A stretch of DNA of 37,226 nt from an uncultured bacterium (GTDB taxonomy: Bacteria > Hydrothermota > E44-bin80). The stretch is taken from NCBI GenBank assembly GCA_964392665.1, contig CAYMQB010000029.1:1-37226 (forward strand), read 5' to 3'. A program made the translations under genes and the position numbers. The notes beneath the pieces were generated by a model, which was given only the letters and a program-made list of their open reading frames with translations, was not told where the DNA came from and searched no databases. Of the stretch, positions 36,269 through 37,226 are shown in pieces; the stretch's first letter is position 1; each line of letters starts with the position of its first letter.

Positions 36269-36508
36269 CTATTCTTTGGCTTTTCGGGCACCAGCCAGTC
36301 CAGCCAATACAGCAACAAAGATGGCTATTTTGAGCGCTGTGAACCAGGATACTGACCGCGCAATCAAACCTTGCTCAACAGCTCCCGGGAAAAGGTCTGG
36401 AATTGTCCAAGCCCATAACAGTTTTACCAAGAGTAGCGCTAGCACAAAACCTCCTACAGCAAGCGCCAAGATACCAGGCACAATTGCAACCCACCATGTC
36501 TTTTTCAT
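36269..36508 (-). CDS. Small two-TM membrane protein (79 aa), GC-rich relative to its surroundings.
   Basis: Start at MKKTWWV..., 9 nt downstream of SD AAGGAGG (the longer 90-aa ORF would begin inside the SD). Two hydrophobic helices. Gene GC about 47% versus about 34% locally. Confidence 0.6.
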   Translation of the reverse strand: MKKTWWVAIVPGILALAVGGFVLALLLVKLLWAWTIPDLFPGAVEQGLIARSVSWFTALKIAIFVAVLAGLAGARKAKE

Positions 36509-36687
36509 AATACAATCCTCCTTTTTACTTGAATTTTGCAAATGGTAGATAACTCGTTCATATCTACGGTCAAATTTTCGTTTCTTCTCTTATTATGAAT
36601 TAATAGTATACAACATACTGAAGGCTATGTCAAGAAGAAATCAATCTTTGAACAACTTTCTTTGAATTCCGTATACTCACAAAAACA

Positions 36688-36716
36688 TTGACAATTCCGA
36701 ATTTCAGTGGTAAACT
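36688..36716 (+). promoter_or_regulatory. Sigma-70-type promoter (-35 TTGACA, 17-nt spacer, -10 TAAACT) for the gene at 36766.
   Basis: catTTGACAattccgaatttcagtggTAAACTgac, about 50 nt upstream of SD AGGAGG and the ATG at 36766. Confidence 0.35.
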
Positions 36717-36765
36717 GACTTCTGAAAAAAAATGAGAAAAAAATACTAAATAACAGGAGGTTAAT

Positions 36766-37226
36766 ATGAAAAAAATCACTGTAAATGGTCTTATAATGTT
36801 TCTGCTTTTTACTGCAATTTCGATTTTCTCCAAACAATATGCCACAACGGATTCAGGAAAACGAATTATATTAAACGATTACGGTAAATGGGCTTATATG
36901 AAAACTATTCAACCAAAGGTTCTATCTTTTGGTTTCAGAAAAACCAACTGGTGTATGACAGAACAACAGGTTAAGGAAACTGAAGAAAGCCCTGTCGTCT
37001 TTGAAGGATGGAGCGATAGCAACGATGCGACTATCATTAACTACAAGGAAAAGGTATTCCTATATGAGTGCTTCATAACCTATATTTTTAAGGATGACAA
37101 ATTGGTACAGGGAAAGTATTCTTTTTTGCCTAACAATGAAAACGACAACGAGTACTTTGCGGATTTCGACAAAATGTCAAGGTTCAACTTTATTCCCCAC
37201 CCCAGGTTCAGTTTTATTCCCCACTT
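36766..37226 (+). CDS. Hypothetical secreted protein, 5' partial (runs off the window end).
   Basis: Excellent SD (acAGGAGGttaatATG). Translation begins MKKITVNGLIMFLLFTAISIFS (signal-peptide-like), continues KQYATTDSGKRIILNDYGKWAYMKTIQPK..., and has no stop before the window ends. Its last codons (RFNFIPHPRFSFIPH) are encoded by the edge tandem repeat. Confidence 0.6.
   Translation, partial: MKKITVNGLIMFLLFTAISIFSKQYATTDSGKRIILNDYGKWAYMKTIQPKVLSFGFRKTNWCMTEQQVKETEESPVVFEGWSDSNDATIINYKEKVFLYECFITYIFKDDKLVQGKYSFLPNNENDNEYFADFDKMSRFNFIPHPRFSFIPH
37180..37226. repeat. Tandem ~24-nt units AGGTTCAaCTTTATTCCCCAcccc / AGGTTCAGTTTTATTCCCCActt at the right window edge.
   Basis: Read directly. The same GGTTCAG-N4-ATTCCCCA units occur, reverse-complemented, at 1-50. 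Confidence 0.6.

Overview
This is an AT-rich (roughly 35% GC) bacterial chromosomal segment with very strong strand bias. Every credible gene from 491 to 36541 is on the minus strand. Only a truncated T9SS-tail ORF at the left edge and one partial gene at the right edge are on plus.

Housekeeping genes, in coordinate order: rlmN, plsY, an SPFH/band-7 protein, a tricorn-protease homolog, an SSF sodium:solute symporter, class II ribonucleotide reductase (nrdJ) with a readable promoter plus tandem NrdR-like boxes, ktrA/trkH, an SDR epimerase plus UbiA-family prenyl-phosphate glycosyltransferase pair, a LolA-like protein, glmS, glmM, tRNA-Thr(CGU), a GNAT acetyltransferase and a Dgt-like HD dGTPase.

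Accessory or unusual content:
- A minus-strand operon (491-2802) encoding a lipoprotein, a minimal stand-alone class III nucleotidyl-cyclase domain (148 aa) and two small multi-TM proteins.
- Next to it, a hicB-hicA toxin-antitoxin cassette bracketed by direct copies of a ~45-nt AT-rich repeat.
- A dispersed 18-nt GC-rich motif (TAGGGACAGCGCCCGTTT) in three intergenic copies, two of them inverted around the GNAT gene.
- Two tandem, clearly paralogous ~830-aa signal-peptide/C-terminal-TM proteins of unknown function (12705-17794).
- A GC-rich, nested-inverted-repeat intergenic element (18083-18244) that looks like a structured RNA or MITE.
- A phased array of TCGTTTA motifs shared by the glmS and glmM leaders.
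- Palindromic short repeats (CCCCAATTGGGG / GGTTCAG-N4-ATTCCCCA) at both window edges in inverted orientation, with a third partial copy at 36052.

No CRISPR array, rRNA, integrase or transposase was seen. Product names rest on motif-level recognition. No database search could be run.
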